Origin: Raillietiella orientalis
Taxonomy: Eukaryota
DNA length: 64,000 nt
Direction of reading: 5' to 3'
NCBI GenBank assembly: GCA_036172245.1
Contig: JAYWIR010000030.1
Location: 2,356,001-2,420,000, forward strand
Numbering within the stretch: position 1 is the stretch's first letter; each line of letters opens with the position of its first letter. The position numbers were made by a program, and so were the translations under genes. The notes beneath the pieces were generated by a model that was given only the letters and a program-made list of their open reading frames with translations, did no database searches and was not told the origin of the DNA. Shown one piece after another: positions 25,600 through 39,000 of the stretch.

Positions 25600-28100
25600 C
25601 AGGATGAGCGGAAAGACGGATGCGAGCGGGAAGATAGGGGGCTCAGCCGTCCAACCGTCTCCGAACGTTCGGCCAGCGGGAGCAACTGATTCCCGAACTT
25701 CGGCACTGGAGCTGCTGGGAAAGACTGATGACCGACCATACGGCGGAGGAAGCTGCCGCGCAGGTGGTGTGTCTTTCAACGGGCCTCCTTCCGGACTGAA
25801 CGAGGCAGGGGCGCTCCGATACGGGCGGGCAGCCCGCACTTTGCTTGCGGAATCCGCGCTCAGATGGAGTTCGGGAAGCCGCGACGGCCAGCACACGGAA
25901 CGCTCGATGGTTCCAAGCGACCGCCTCCGGAGTCCCAGCGCGAGTACGGGACCTTTGTGTGGGATGCGTACCGGAGAACGGTGCATCCGGAGAAAAACGG
26001 AACCAGCGTGCCAAGAATCATTTCAGGAGCGGAGCTGAAGCCACGAGAGGCGGAGATGAAGTCTTCTTTCCCTGTTCTTAGGGATCGAGGGTCCCGGAAT
26101 TTCGGTCGCAGCTCCAAAGCGGCCGTTTCCGAAAAGGAGGGCAGTGAATCGGCAGTGAAGGCGTCAAGCTTCCCTGCTGATTTCGGAACCGGGAGAAGGG
26201 GGGGGATCCAGGACCGCGGCTCTTTTCAAAGAGCTGAGAAGATGGGGAGAGAGCGGGAACGACGGCCAGCAAGCCGGCAGGCCCAGCCGCGCGTGCTTCG
26301 CATCACGTGATCCCTCCGCGAAGGGCGAAGAAAGCTCCTGGAGCCATCCGCACTGCGGCGCGCGGACGCAGCCCCGCCGAGCCGCTCGGGCGGCTCCCGA
26401 GGATGTAGCATCCCGAGCGGGGAAAGGGTCGCCCTTCCACCGGCCAGGGCACGCGCCGCCCCGAGATGGAGAGGGTGAGCCTCAGAAGAAACGCCGAGGC
26501 CGGCGACTCGGCCTAACCCTCTTCCAGATTCACACATCACACTGCTGCCCTTTCGGATCACGTCGGTACCCAAAAGTAGACCTGCCGGCCCTCTCTGTGC
26601 CGAAGAAAACGGTCACGGAGATATGAGGGGGAGGGGACCTACCCGTTCTCGAGCCGAGAAAGACCCGCTCCTAGTCTCGTCTGTCCTCCCCTTCCTCCTC
26701 TTTCCGGGGGTCTTCCAGGGTAGAAGAGCGCATGATCCTGATCTTTGCCGTAGCCTTTTTCATCCCAGTGTTCGCCTGAATTCGTTCCCGGAGGCACTAG
26801 ACGAGGCTCTGGTGTGAAGAGCGGAAGGATTTCCACAAGATTCAGGGTCCCGGGCAAAGACTCCTGAGGAAAAAACGCGAACGCATCCTCCTCGGACTGG
26901 CGATCAAGGAACGGATCCTCCCGGAAGCGGCGAAGAGCCTCTTTACCCGAAACAGGGAAGATTCTCGCTTTCTCTAGTCCGCTGTTCCCGATCTTCCTGA
27001 CTCCAGTTCTTCCTCGCGGGCCTCTTGGAGCCTGCAGGGTTCGCAAGTGCCTGATGGTCGCCTTCTTTCCAGTCAACCTCTCCTGTGAGTTCTCTGGTTG
27101 CCTCCGGCAGTCCCAAATGACGTAGGGAGGCGTGGCCATCAGAACCTGAGGTTCCTGATGGTTCCTTCGTCGTCCATGACGACCCATCCTTTGTTTCCCC
27201 GATACAAGTTTCGGGGCAGTTCCTACGAAACTGATGAGGAATGCTAGCAACGCCTGATAGGGTTGCAAACATCTCCAGGAGCTCTGTCACCTGTTCCATC
27301 TGCCTCAGGCGTCGCTCCCGGTGTCCCCTTGCAGAGTTTTGCTGATTCCCCCAGTAGGTCAAGCTGGATCGCCCGATGTTTCTGGAGACCAAGAATGAGG
27401 AATGGTATTGAGCGGATGCCCGCGAGCGAGGCGGCGATCTGTGAAGTCCCCGCAGAGGAGGAAGCGACCGGAGGAGCGATGCTGGCCAGAGCAAGGCGTG
27501 GCTCTCCCCCGATGTGGGTGGTTTCCCTGAGAGAGAGAGAGAGAGAGAGAAAACTCCATGCTCTTCCGCTCCGGTGCATGAGTAATGCAGCCACAGAGTG
27601 CCCCCTTCGCGCGCTCATCGAAGGTGAGCCAGCTGGAAGCGACTCCTCGCCATCGAACTCCCTGGTTGCCAGCATGCGGCCGGAGGCTTCCCTCTCCATC
27701 ACCCTCGAGTTTTTCATGCCCGCTCAGTCTTTGCTGTTCGAGTGCACCTGTCCCTTTCCGAAGTGCCTACGAGCCCCCTGTCGTCCCACAGCCCGAGGTC
27801 CCAAGAGCCCTGCCGCCGCCGTCCTTGCGGCCGCGGCCGCGTTTTCACGGGCGAAGTCGACTGCTGGTCCCCTCTGCTTGTCCTTTGCCCTCCGTTTCCG
27901 CCACTTCATCCTCCAAACGACAGCAGATGTCCGAAATGATGCCCTCTGCGTTGGTTCCCCTGCTCTGCCTTCGGCTTCGAGTCCACTGCTGACCGAAGAC
28001 CACCAACTCCCAAGGCTTCGGGCTAGCCCGCCAGTCTACCGGCTCGCCGTCTCTCCCGAGGATCCATGCGGGCGCAGTGATCGTTCCAGGAGATTTTTCC
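25600..28100 (-). mobile_element. Decayed Tx1/L1-type ORF2 reverse transcriptase and C-terminus
   Basis: Ordered motifs: VDWRASP (~28022-28045), GIISDI (~27925-27945), AVDFARENA (~27838-27865), RHFGKG, SARRGHSVAALLM (~27578-27616), ELLEMFATLSG (~27255-27290), LRHLGLP (~27105-27125), PGTLNL (~26835-26855). Confidence 0.7.
27529..27550. repeat. (GA)11 microsatellite inside the RT relic
   Basis: Direct reading. Confidence 0.9.
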
Positions 28101-29739
28101 CTCAGCGCACACCTCCATTCGCTCATGCCAGCGGCGCCATTGCTGACAAGCGGCGAGCAGGCGCAGGCAGAGCACTGTGCGCGAGTTCACTAGAGGTGCG
28201 TTGGGCGCCGTGGCATGCAGTCCAAGCCCGACGTCAGACTGGGACATGCCTCGCTCTGGGTGTTCCGTGGTCGGGGACGTGCATCCGCTGCTCTGAGCTG
28301 CTGCGTAGGGCGCGCAGGATGATAGGGAGTGATTTTCCTCCCCATGTGTGCATCAAACGCGTGGCCGATAGATGGAATCTTGAGCTGCTCCCACTTCTCC
28401 AGCTGCCCACTTGGGCTTTATTCAGGTCCGACTCTTGGCCTAGCCTATTCGTCCCCACCGTCTGACAGCTCTACCTCTTGCTGAGGTGTCTCCAAGTGAG
28501 CTCTTTATTTGCTCTTAACACAAGAACGAAGCCACCAGCAATATTATAAGTTCATGGGCATTCAAGAATGAATGCAAAGGGGCATTCCGGGATAATCTCT
28601 CTTTGGGGCAAAGGCATCTTCAGGATCAAACTTAGAAGGGATTGATCACTCGTTAAGCACCGGAAACAATGGCCAGAAGAGCAGCCATCTTCTTTTGGAC
28701 TAGGTACGCAGGTGTCTGTGACAACATTTCAGTCAGGGTCACTACACAGATCACGGAACCGTTGATTTCCGGTAGGAAGATGCATTCCGGATCAGGCGGC
28801 TCCGAGGAGAAAGCTCAGTTGTAGCCTTTCCATTTTTCGCAAGCGGGGGGCGAGTGATTCCACGGATGAACACCGAGCACAAGAGCACAGTAATGGCGAT
28901 CATCTGACGCGCTTTTACCTGGATAGACGGCGGACGCTACGCCATTTTCACCTTCTGCGATGATGGGAGGTTCGAAAATCCTCCAAGGAAGCAGATTCTT
29001 GCAAGCCGCGGACGCCAAAGTGCGGTTGCGCGAAAATCCTTGCCGGTTCGCGAGAAGAGGTGTGTTGCGTCACACGGAAGATGCAGCACCGAATGCAGTC
29101 GTCATCATCGATGCAACAAAGCGCAGATTGTTCCTGAGCAAAGCGAAAGGCACGTTTTTTAAGAGGAGGGAGGGGGGGAGAGATGAGAAGACGTGCGGAG
29201 ATCAGAACTGATTGAGCCGCGTCCCGGGAAGTCAGCGGGGAAGTCGAAGCTCGGGTATCTGCGACTGCTCCTTTGCACCCAGGTTAGCAGGAAAGTGCTG
29301 AATGCATTCCTGCGCAGGAAGAACAGGAGGGGAAGAACGTGATACTGTGACCAACATCCAAATGAAATCGAACCGGAGGAGAGCCAGATGTTCCACAAAT
29401 GAAGGCCTTCGGAGATATGGTAAATCAAAAGGCTTTCGAGAGAACGAAGAAACAGTGGAGGAGCCTCCGGGAACGTGAGCTGAAAGACAACACGCCGTGC
29501 GGAGCGGGAACGCGGGTTCCGAGCGACAGAATCAGCTGCACCCATTCAGGAACTTTGAAGTCTCTGGCAGGAAGCAGCCGTGGACATAACTGCGCTCCTT
29601 TATTTCAGCTTCTCTTCCCCCTAAAGTCCTCTGAGCTTCGGATGTCGGATGCTCTGCTACTGCCTTGGCTTGGTGGGGTCTCTTTCCCTCTCTCTCCACT
29701 CTTTTCGAGGAGACTCGCGGGTCGCTGCTCGTACTGGAG

Positions 29740-32700
29740 CCTCTGCGGCGCCGGGAATCGAAGCGGCTGCTAAGCGGCTGGCAACTTTGCAAAAAGATGG
29801 CCAAGTCCTGACAAGGCGAGATTCTCACGCAGCGGTCGCGAGGAATCGCCACCAGCAAAGCACTCTCTGACTAGATCCGAGACAGAAGTGGGGCAGGAGA
29901 CGTCCAGTGCGAGTTCCCTTTTCCCTTCACGGTCCCGGTGCCTGATACCCGTCTCCGGCTTCGCATTTATTCGCGGCAGAGGCTGACCGGATATCGAAGG
30001 CCGCTCGCAGCTCCCGCAGGTTGCCAAAAACAGACTCGATTTGGCGTTTTGCACCTTCCAGCCCTGAAGGATTCCGTCATCGCAGCCACGGAAGGAGAGA
30101 TGGAGAAAGAGCTTTTTTTGACTGGGAGAGGAGCCGGGTGAGACCGCTACGGGATGACGCCAAAAGCGGAGAAGCGGCGAGGGAAATCAGGACGTCAGGC
30201 AAGCAAGGGGATCGTTGAAGCAATATCTTTTGCAGGGAAAGAATCGTGCAGGTAAATCTAGAGAGCGGCTGGAAGGTCACCATCTCGATTTGGGTTCACC
30301 CGGGAGTGTAACTTGGCTTCCGCACCATCTTCAGGGCATTTTCTGCCAAAAGGAATCGACGTCTGCTGACCAACGAACGCTTCTGCGGTGGAGACCCGCA
30401 TCGAATCTCCAAAGAGAAAAAAAAAAACATCGATGATATTCAGAGGTTCATCAAGCAAATCAGAGCTGAAGATCTCTATTACGAAGCAACCACTTCTCTT
30501 GGACCAGAACTGCGTTCTGGAATCCAAACATCGTGAAGACTTAGCTGAAGGATCCTGAGCGATACTCAAAGTCCTTGGTGCAGGAAAGCTCTTAAAATCT
30601 GACGATTCTCCGTGGGAGAAGGTGAGGTGGCTTGATTTTGTGAGCCTGCCATTTTTGTTGGAGGCTCCGTCCGACAGGGGTAACCAGGATCGTGAACATC
30701 CCTCCATCCCGCAGGAAGCATTTTTTTTTTTCCCTATCACAGAGCAGAAGACATCGTTTTCGTCCGTCACATTGATGTTGGGAGATATGGCAGAGGGCGC
30801 AACTGCCATATTCCCGTATCCTAGAGGTTACCCTTACTGGCTCTCATGAAGGGAATGCGATTCTTGATGGCGGTCGACCGTTTGTTCCTTTCGATGCGCA
30901 TCTCGGGAAAATTAGATGTTTGAGCACACTATTTTCTTCGCTGCTGAGCTTGGTCGGTCACTTGGGAGCCCCCAGTTTTCTTGTTTCTCCGTTGCTCACG
31001 GGACCACCGGATCATTGGTCTTGCAAGCAGCTGCATCTCTATGACTTCTCACTGAGATCGCGGGTGGGGCAGCGTGCAAGAAAAAGACTCAGCCGTACAA
31101 GACTTATCTGTTTGGAGGACTCTAGAATGGCTGCACCACCGCTGGAAGAACACCTGGAGAAATTCATGTTCAGAGTAATAGGAGGGAAGTTCAGAGGGAA
31201 CTCGAAGGTGCCACCAAAGAGATCGATGGTAGCACATGGCTGGCAACTGACCCTCTGGATGAAGGTGAACGTGAACACCTGAACGGGATGGCCCAAGAAA
31301 CACTATGGGAAGGATGCACATTAGGCCGCAATGCACTTTTGCTCCGATGCGGGCAAACTGAGTCGGCCCTTCCTTGTAGACAGGCAAAGACGGTTCCAAG
31401 TAAGAACACGTCCGTATGGGACAGCACTGTGCCTAAGGAAATCCTTTATCCAATGGAGAGTGTTTGAGGTATGCCGATGGTCGATTCCTGCATGCCTGAA
31501 GGTCCACTTGGAGTGGACGTGGAGTGAATGTGAAGGGAATGCACGAAGTAATCCCTACCGAACACCTTCGGTAGACGCATTAGCGACCTCTTCCCCATCG
31601 GCTGCAGTTGCAATGACCTTCCAGATTAAGAGTGCATTCCGATAGCATTGGAAACACATGTGAAATCTGCCTCCGCAGCCTGTGATAGTTCGGATGGAAG
31701 TAGGGGTCACTGGACCAGAAGCATGAAGACCATTAAAACGCTTCCTACGTGAGAAACAGTTCTAGCAGAGAACGGAAGACCTCGGGAGATGTACCCATAA
31801 AAACTTGCACCGAGAGCAAGAGTGGATTTCATTAGTGCCTGTCGAGGATCCACAAAATGTTCAACTGCTGAATACCTCTGGCTTCCGGAGAGCAAGAATG
31901 GTAGCCACGAGAACAAATAGAGAATTTTTTCCAGAGTATCCTGTACCAAAGAGAAACAGTCCACACGTCAAAGGTCTCGTTACCACAGATACCGGTTCAA
32001 AGGACATTCAAGACGAATTTAATGATCAAAACAGGATGGCAGCGAACCTGATTAGCAAATTGTCATGAAGAGAAACTAAACATTTATCCTCCAGCCGCCC
32101 ATTGCTAAATATTTCAGTTTTTCGAGGTTATTCAGAAAAAAGGGAAGAGTAGTCGTCTCTTGAGAGGAGGGAAGAGTCGAGAGTGCACCTTGAGAACATC
32201 AAAAGGCTTGAGGATAATGTCAAGCCAGACTAAACAGGACAGCCATGAAGTCTTTGTTTGTCAGGTCGGTTACTGGCTCCAGGATATGAAGCGCTGCAGA
32301 GAAATTCATGCTGTGGGGACATCGATTGGAAGTCTTTTGCTCGGTGCGTTGATGCTGCACTAAGAATAGCACCCTCAGCACATGTCGAGGAACTGCTCTC
32401 ACGGCCAAATCGGCCACTTCATAAGGATTGCTCCAGGATCCCGCAGTGTTATCACTGTAAAATTTCAGACTAGGTGAAGAAGGATTGCGAGAGATTTGTC
32501 GACTGGCTCGTGGACCGAGGACTGTCTCCTCTTTCCTAAGTGGAGGAGAAGAGGAGGCAAGCAGAGCCAACGGAGAGAAGCTTCTTCCTTCCACAGTTGG
32601 CGACTCGAACCTTCTTGAAATGAAGCAACAGAAGAAGTTTCAGAAGAAACGGAGGCAGTTTACCGTAGAAGAGCTTCTTCTTCCTTTAGTAGCCGCAGCG

Positions 32701-32830
32701 GAGAACCGCGCGACCGAGGAAGAAAAGCAGAAGACCAAGGAGTACGAGCGCCTAAAATGGTCGCATCTGCGGAAGCGGTCCGTCCGTACACCACTGAGAA
32801 ACAGGATAAGGATTTTGTGTTGTGTATCTC
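29740..32830 (+). pseudogene. Highly decayed, intronless RNA polymerase second-largest subunit (RPB2/RPC2/beta-like) relic
   Basis: Collinear motifs across frameshifts: RCLIPVSGFAFI...QVAKNR (29936-30035; cf. ECPLDPGGYFI...QLSKNR), KSDD...RWLDF (~30595-30640; cf. DDRDH..KRLDL), KQLH (~31025), SDAGKLSRPFLV (31343-31378; cf. TDAGRICRPLLI), VED (~31841), IGHFI (32409-32423; cf. IGHLI), EYER...SH...LRNR (~32740-32805; cf. EMER...AH...LRER). The GDKFASRHGQKG hallmark is not recognisable. Confidence 0.55.
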
Positions 32831-33679
32831 CACTCTCAAGGAGGGGATCCGCAACACAAAAGTAGAAGAAAAGAAGCGCCTTGAGGTGCAAAACGTGCTG
32901 AACGAGGCGAAAGACACACTCGTCGAGGTGGTAGAAGGAAACCCGTCTGTGGTGAGGAAACTAACAAGGACTAAATGTTCAGCGCAGTAGGAAAAACGAG
33001 GAATTCACAGGACTTTGCCGAGTCGGAAAGCGACATTAGCGATGAGAAATCTGCTGGGAACAAAGGGTGGGCTTCTCTCAGGCAGAGAAAGAACAAGAAT
33101 GTCCCGTAATCCTTGATGGCCTCCTTCCTGTCGACCAAATCAGGAAAATAGGAACTTGCATCTCAAGAAGGATTCCCGCCCAGACGTACAGTGAGTGACT
33201 TCCTTCACAAAATGTATGGACAAAGAGCGAGAGAATATTAGTAAAAGGTGAAATGCCTCAAGTGTTGCCATAGGGAAAACTGGAAGTGAATTGAGTCTAG
33301 TTCGTAAAGGGTTGCTATGTAAAACATTATTTGGTCAATAAATTCACCCTACTGCTTTTCGGACCTGGGGAAAGTCGAGGACTAGCTCTCCGCTTCCCCT
33401 CCAAAGAAGTGCTGGGGGGGGGGGGCATTCGTGGTGATATCCTTAGGTAGACCCACGGGACAAAGAGCTGCTCAAGAACAGAAGATCCTGCGTGCACGGC
33501 ACCTCAGGAAGAAGGTGGTGAGTTTTAACATTGATGCTCTCGCGTTGCGTGCTACAAACATCGGCTGGGCGACCGGCCGTGGCAAGCCGTCAGAGGACCA
33601 GAACGCCTTCCTGAGTGGCAGATGGCCATGCTGCGATGGAACAGAGAGTTCTCTTTCATCATCTTTTTAGTCACCCGCA

Positions 33680-34704
33680 CTGGCAGTGATTGCATGCAGT
33701 AGAAACGTCAATCGAATTTAAAAGGTGAGAACATACAGCCCTTCTCCTTTCAAAGAGATGACCAGCCAATCATAGGATACAAGAGCTGCTTCGGCACAAT
33801 CGAAAGCTATTCTGATGTTATCGTGGTATCTCAAAGGAAAGTCGGTGCTCGGATCAGCAACGCTGTTGAATGGCATTCCATAAGGTGGAACACCCTGATT
33901 CAGATAAAGCAAAGAATTCACAGCAAAGATGGAAGCGCCACCCACTGGTTTAGGCAATGAGAAAACCTTGATGCGATCGAATGGCAAATTGGAGACTATC
34001 CAAATAGGAGGATGCACCTTTTGTTGAATTCTGATAGAAATGGACCCAAGTATCTTGGCATGTAGCCATGCACCCTGCATAAGTTTTCGGTGGCTCATAC
34101 AGAATTAACAAAGTGGGCTTATCATGACAGCCATGCAGAAAATCAATGTCAATAACATCATCTATCTCGTTGTCAAGTTGTTTCATATGAATCATACATG
34201 AAGCCATTGCTGGACCTTTGGACCAAGCAAGCGAACCGATAGCCAGGATCATCTGTAGATAACTCTCGTAGGGATGGAATTTTTTTTCATATACCAACGT
34301 AACAGCGCGATGTTTTTCCAGATCAACACGAATAGGAGAGATGGAGTGATTCTTCATTTCAGGTTCTTCAAAGTGATGAAGTGGTGGGGTTTCCAGGTCG
34401 TGAGAGAATGGATCATATTCTACAACTGATAGTTTTCTTCCTTGAAGCTCGGCAGCAAGGCAACACTCTCCGATGCGTGTAAAGTCATACATTACGTAGG
34501 TACAGTATCCCCAAACGAGTGATATGAACTCCTGAACTCCAACTTCATCTTTGGAACTTTTTTTTTTTCGTTTCTATTCCCACAGAGAGGAATATCAGGT
34601 ACAAGACGATAAACTCGAATAAGAGCTGCTCCTAAAACAACTCGATTTTTTTCTTTTTCTTCCGCTCCAAAAAAAATCCCAGTATGAAGAAAAACTTGAT
34701 ACAC
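33680..34704 (-). pseudogene. CPSF1: Intronless, frameshifted N-terminal fragment of cleavage and polyadenylation specificity factor subunit 1 (CPSF160)
   Basis: Three consecutive frames give VYRL, KLSVVEYDPFSHDLET..LHHFEEPE, IRVD, DVIDIDFLHG..KPTLLILYEP..TYAG, QKVHPPIW..NLPFD, PKPVGG..FAVNSLLYLNQGVPPYG, LVISLKGEGLYVLT, all matching CPSF1 residues ~1-350. The remaining ~1100 aa are absent from the window. Confidence 0.93.
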
Positions 34705-35397
34705 ATCCCCAGATGACTTTCTTTCAGCATTGAGGACATCTTAGTGGGTGTAAAGCTTTTATTGAGAATGACCAATCATAGAATATTTTTGAGCCAGAAG
34801 AAACGAAACGCTGGCTGCTCCAAATCGTGGATTACAGGCCTTCGCTTACCAATTAAACAAATCCTTCTTACATTATGCTGGAAACGTAGACCGGAAGTCA
34901 CGAAATGTACACCACACCACATCCCGTGTGCTCCCTTCTCGTCACGCGCCGTCCGCTCACATCCGTGGTGACAGGCAGGAGTTTCTTGCGTGGTGAATGG
35001 GGACGCGTGCAGGAAGGCTCACGCGTCTTCTGTACGTGCGATGCACGCCGCTGCTGAGGGTGTGGCTTTCACGAGGGCCGCTAGAGGGTCCTCGACCTTT
35101 ACTTGCAAGGGAAGGCCGTTCGCGACCTGGAGGCGCATAGTCGTAGCAGGAAGCTTCGACCGGCCACGGAAACATCTGGAAGTACCGTCTCTGGAAAAGG
35201 GAAGCATCCACGCAGCGATTCGGCAGTGGGAAGCTAGAAGAGACGCACCGACGAGCCTTAAGGGAGAAACATCTTTTCGTAGGCTGATCTTCGAGTCTGC
35301 TTCCTAGCTCACACTTACGCGCCTTTTCCGGAAACCACTGCTGACCGCAGGTGAGAACTTGTTTTTTTTGGTAGGCATTCAGAAATAGGAACAGAAC

Positions 35398-35404
<7 letters not shown>

Positions 35405-35428
<24 letters not shown>
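35405..35428. repeat. T24 homopolymer (possible minus-strand poly(A) tail)
   Basis: Direct reading; parent element not identified. Confidence 0.8.
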
Positions 35429-36049
35429 CATTTTTTGAACCCCCCAGCTTCATGCCCGTCCATCCCAGACTTCATTCTTATGCCGCGAAGGCTGCCAAAC
35501 AGCGGCAAGACGCAACGGGCAGCGGGTCGCAGTATCCTGCCCTCCGGGAGGAACGAAAACTAGTAACGCGTGGCATAGAGTCAACTGCGAGCATCTTATG
35601 CCATCACCTCCTTCCATCTTCCATCTCGAGGGAGCTCGGCATCATCACTCCTAGGCCGAGAACAACGAGCACAACGCTAGCGGAACTCGAAGTCCTTCTT
35701 CCGAGACTACAAACACGACAGCGGGAGACGAGGAGGTCATGTGACGAGGAAGAGTCTTCGTTCCCTGGCTCGAACCGCAGGGCGAGAACAAAGAAGACTG
35801 TCTTCGGCAAATCCAAGGCGAACTGCTCAGCTTCCAGAAGCGAAAAAACAAAAGGGGGGGGGGCGATGCGAAGAACTGTGCCGGACGGTATCACCGAGGT
35901 CGTGGAATTTCGCTCTGGACCAAAGGCACCGTTTTTGTGACGATCCTGACGGCAGGGAGCCGAGCTGCCTGTGACGGGACTCCTTTGATCGTCTTTGAGG
36001 TCTTCCTTTTGACAGCTGGAGCTCTGTCAGAAGGAGACAGGGGATCCGT

Positions 36050-39000
36050 GGGTCCATCTACGCTTTCGGAACGAAAGGACCCGGGAGTCAGAGGACTTTT
36101 CAAAGACTGTTCACTCGCGTGTTCTTCCGAGCATTTTGTCGTGTTCAGAGCATTAGCGACCGTCTTCCTCCCGTCACCGTAGCTGCAGTCCCTCTTGATC
36201 AGCCGCCATCACTTCCAGACTTGAACCTGGAATTGGTCACAGGTTGTGTCCGTAGCCTTCCGCTCTCCCGAGGTGCCTGGCCAACTTGCTGCTGCCTCAC
36301 TGGTTCACTCCAGAGTGCCTTTCTTTCTTCCAGAAAAGGAAAACTTAGCAGATGGGGATGCCCTGCGAACCTTTTGAGGAGGAGACCCTTCGCAGTATCA
36401 GATGAGACTGACAGGTCGACAAAATCGCGAACCGGCGTCTGGATCACAGTTTGAACACTTAGTGGCAATTGCGCGTTCCCTCTGCTACCAGGTTTCAACC
36501 CGAACACCCTATTTTAGGGGAGAAACGCTTGTCTGGATGAAAGCGCGAGGGTGCTTTGAAAGTCTAATTCTCCTTCTCAGCAGTGCCATCAACTCTCTTG
36601 AGGAGACTCTCCTTCCCACCAACGATGATGCCAGCCTGCTCTTCGGGACCGATGCGATATCACTGGGGTCGCGGTCGCTATGCCCTTCTCCCCGACCGCG
36701 TCGATGGGAAGAGGAAGAGATGGCACTTCTGCAGAGTGGGCGGTCGCCCACCGGTTCGCGGAGGTATATCGCTTAGCGGGAGGAGCCCTCCGCTGGCGGA
36801 CGGAGCCCCGCCGAAAGACTTCTTTCGGAGCCTGCGAGGACGGATCGATTTCCTCGGGATTCCCAGTGGAATCTTCAAAATCCCGGGCTTCCTGGTCGGC
36901 GCCTCCATCCGTTCTTTAGGCCGCCAGCAGACCGCCTTCGAGCCGTTCCGCTCAGGCTCCGCCTGGAAACGAAAAGCCCCGTGGTGTGGAGGGTTCCCGC
37001 CCACCGCATGGTAGTGGTGGGTCCTGATGCATGCGCTGCCGCCTGAAGCGCGGCACTGAGGCACCCCAGTTCTCCGACGCTTCTCTGCCTAGGACCTGCC
37101 CAGAATGCCCGCCCGCTTTTCAAGGCTCGCTCGCTGCGGCTCATTGCCTCGTGAGAGCCACGGGGACCTCCAAAACGGAGGAGGAAGGACGTGACCATCA
37201 TCCCGGAGCCACACGCCTAGGGAAACGAAATGGCTCTAGCCGGGACAGGGAAAACGAGGGAACTCTCGAGAGATTGCGTGAGACTAACGCGACACCGGTT
37301 GAACGTACATCTCCCTCTTCTTCCATCTCGTCCCATCCTACTCTGGTCCTCGGGAATCGTACAGTGTCCAGCTTACTCCCTACTTCATTATTGATTTACT
37401 GTCGTCTCCACTTTTCCCTAGTTCTGCCCCCATCGAGGGCAGCCCCTTTGTTTTCGGTGTACAAACTCAAGTGTGCAATTTTCATGTGTCCTGGAGGCGG
37501 CTGCCACCTCATTTTTCTCCTGCCCCTTCCTCCAGACTCATGGATCTCGAGAACGACGTTCACCGGCGGGTCGATCTCCATTCACAGATATGTCTGTGCG
37601 CGTTGCCACCTTTCCAACCTATTTTCCTGGCCGCGTCCCCAGAGAGGTCGGACCCTGCCGTCCCTGGGGCCACCATCTCCCGGACACACAGGCAGCTTCT
37701 CGGACCGCGTAAATGTGGGAGAAGAGAAGGCGAGTCCAACTGCCTTGGGCGACCAGGTCGACAAGCTTAGGAAGTTCTGGACGAGAACAGGAAATGGTCG
37801 GCAGGGCCTTCGAAATGAAGGCAGCATATCTGCCCCCCACTCTTTCCAGCGCCCTTAACTTTCAGAGTTCATTCATTTATTTTGGATGAATGGATGTGCC
37901 GACAGCACGCGGAGGACCACGTCGAGGAGAGCACGCGTTCCATTGGCAGCGCATGCATAAATAAACATGCAGGGAGCAGCTGGGCATGCGCGGAGCGTTG
38001 GGGCCTCGTCCGCACGCTCTGAGCATGGCTCGAGCTCGCCGACTGTACAGGTCAGCCGTGCCCGGAGAAAAGGACGCAGCAGTCGGTCGTTGCGCTCGGG
38101 ATCGAGGCGCGGGTGCAAGGCCACCATGCTGCCCTCTTCTACGGTCCGTAGGCTGCTCCACCTTCCGTTCGACCCCATGCGCCGGTCGGGCCGGAGGTCC
38201 AGCCGCCAACTGAAGCGGCAGTGGGTGTCCCGCGGATGCAAGGGGACTTCTCTTAGACGCCTGCTGCGTCGCCTGCTCCGAAGGGACCCACGGTCCAGCA
38301 GCAGCAGACGCGACTCGATCACCCCACCCGCCGCAGCTCCGAGCTACGCAACTAGGCCTCCTAAGCCACTCCTTGCATGGGGGCTCACAGCGCAAGGACG
38401 GAGCCCCAAGAAAAGGGGGAGGAACTTCCGCTGACCATTTTCCATTCCATCCGCCTCTGATTCTGGGCGGAGAGAGCAAGGGTTACCCTCGCCCTCCGAA
38501 GTCATCCGGCCTCGCCCTCTGCAAAGGGCGCGATTCCAAGGAAGGTCAGCCACCAAGCGGCAAACCGCGGGCGCCTTCCGCAGGGCGCAGGACGGGTGCG
38601 GAAATGCCGAGGGAGCGGGGCAGGAGCTCGTCCTGAGGACGCCGCCCCCGAGACGGTAGCGTGGCTCGGCTCCCGGCAGAGATGGCGCCGAGCGCTCACT
38701 CTTTGCAGCAACAGGGAAGAGGCTTTTTCCCAGGTCTGCGAGCGAGGGAGGAGCGGCTGGCTTTGTGTGCGGGCGTCGCGGAGGAAGGCGGCGGATGCAG
38801 ACCCTGCAGCGGCTGCGACGCCGGAGGGTGCCCCTATGCAGGGAAGGTGTGCCTTCGTGTACAACACGGGGACGGCCGGAAGGCACGCCCGCACCGCCGG
38901 CGCCGCGGAGGAGCCGGGAGGTCCCTGGATCCCAGAAAGTGGCACAGCGTTCTTTTCGAATCGTAGTGAAGAGCCTCCTCGAGCCCTCCTGGGTGCGAAG

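Noticed and set aside
27263..28465. Longest ORF (400 aa, plus strand) as a gene
   Set aside because: It lies antisense to the RT relic, includes a GA microsatellite and has Ala/Arg/Pro/Ser-rich composition typical of chance GC-rich frames.
35405..35428. Poly(A) tail of the CPSF1 copy
   Set aside because: It lies upstream of the minus-strand CPSF1 fragment, on the wrong side for a tail.
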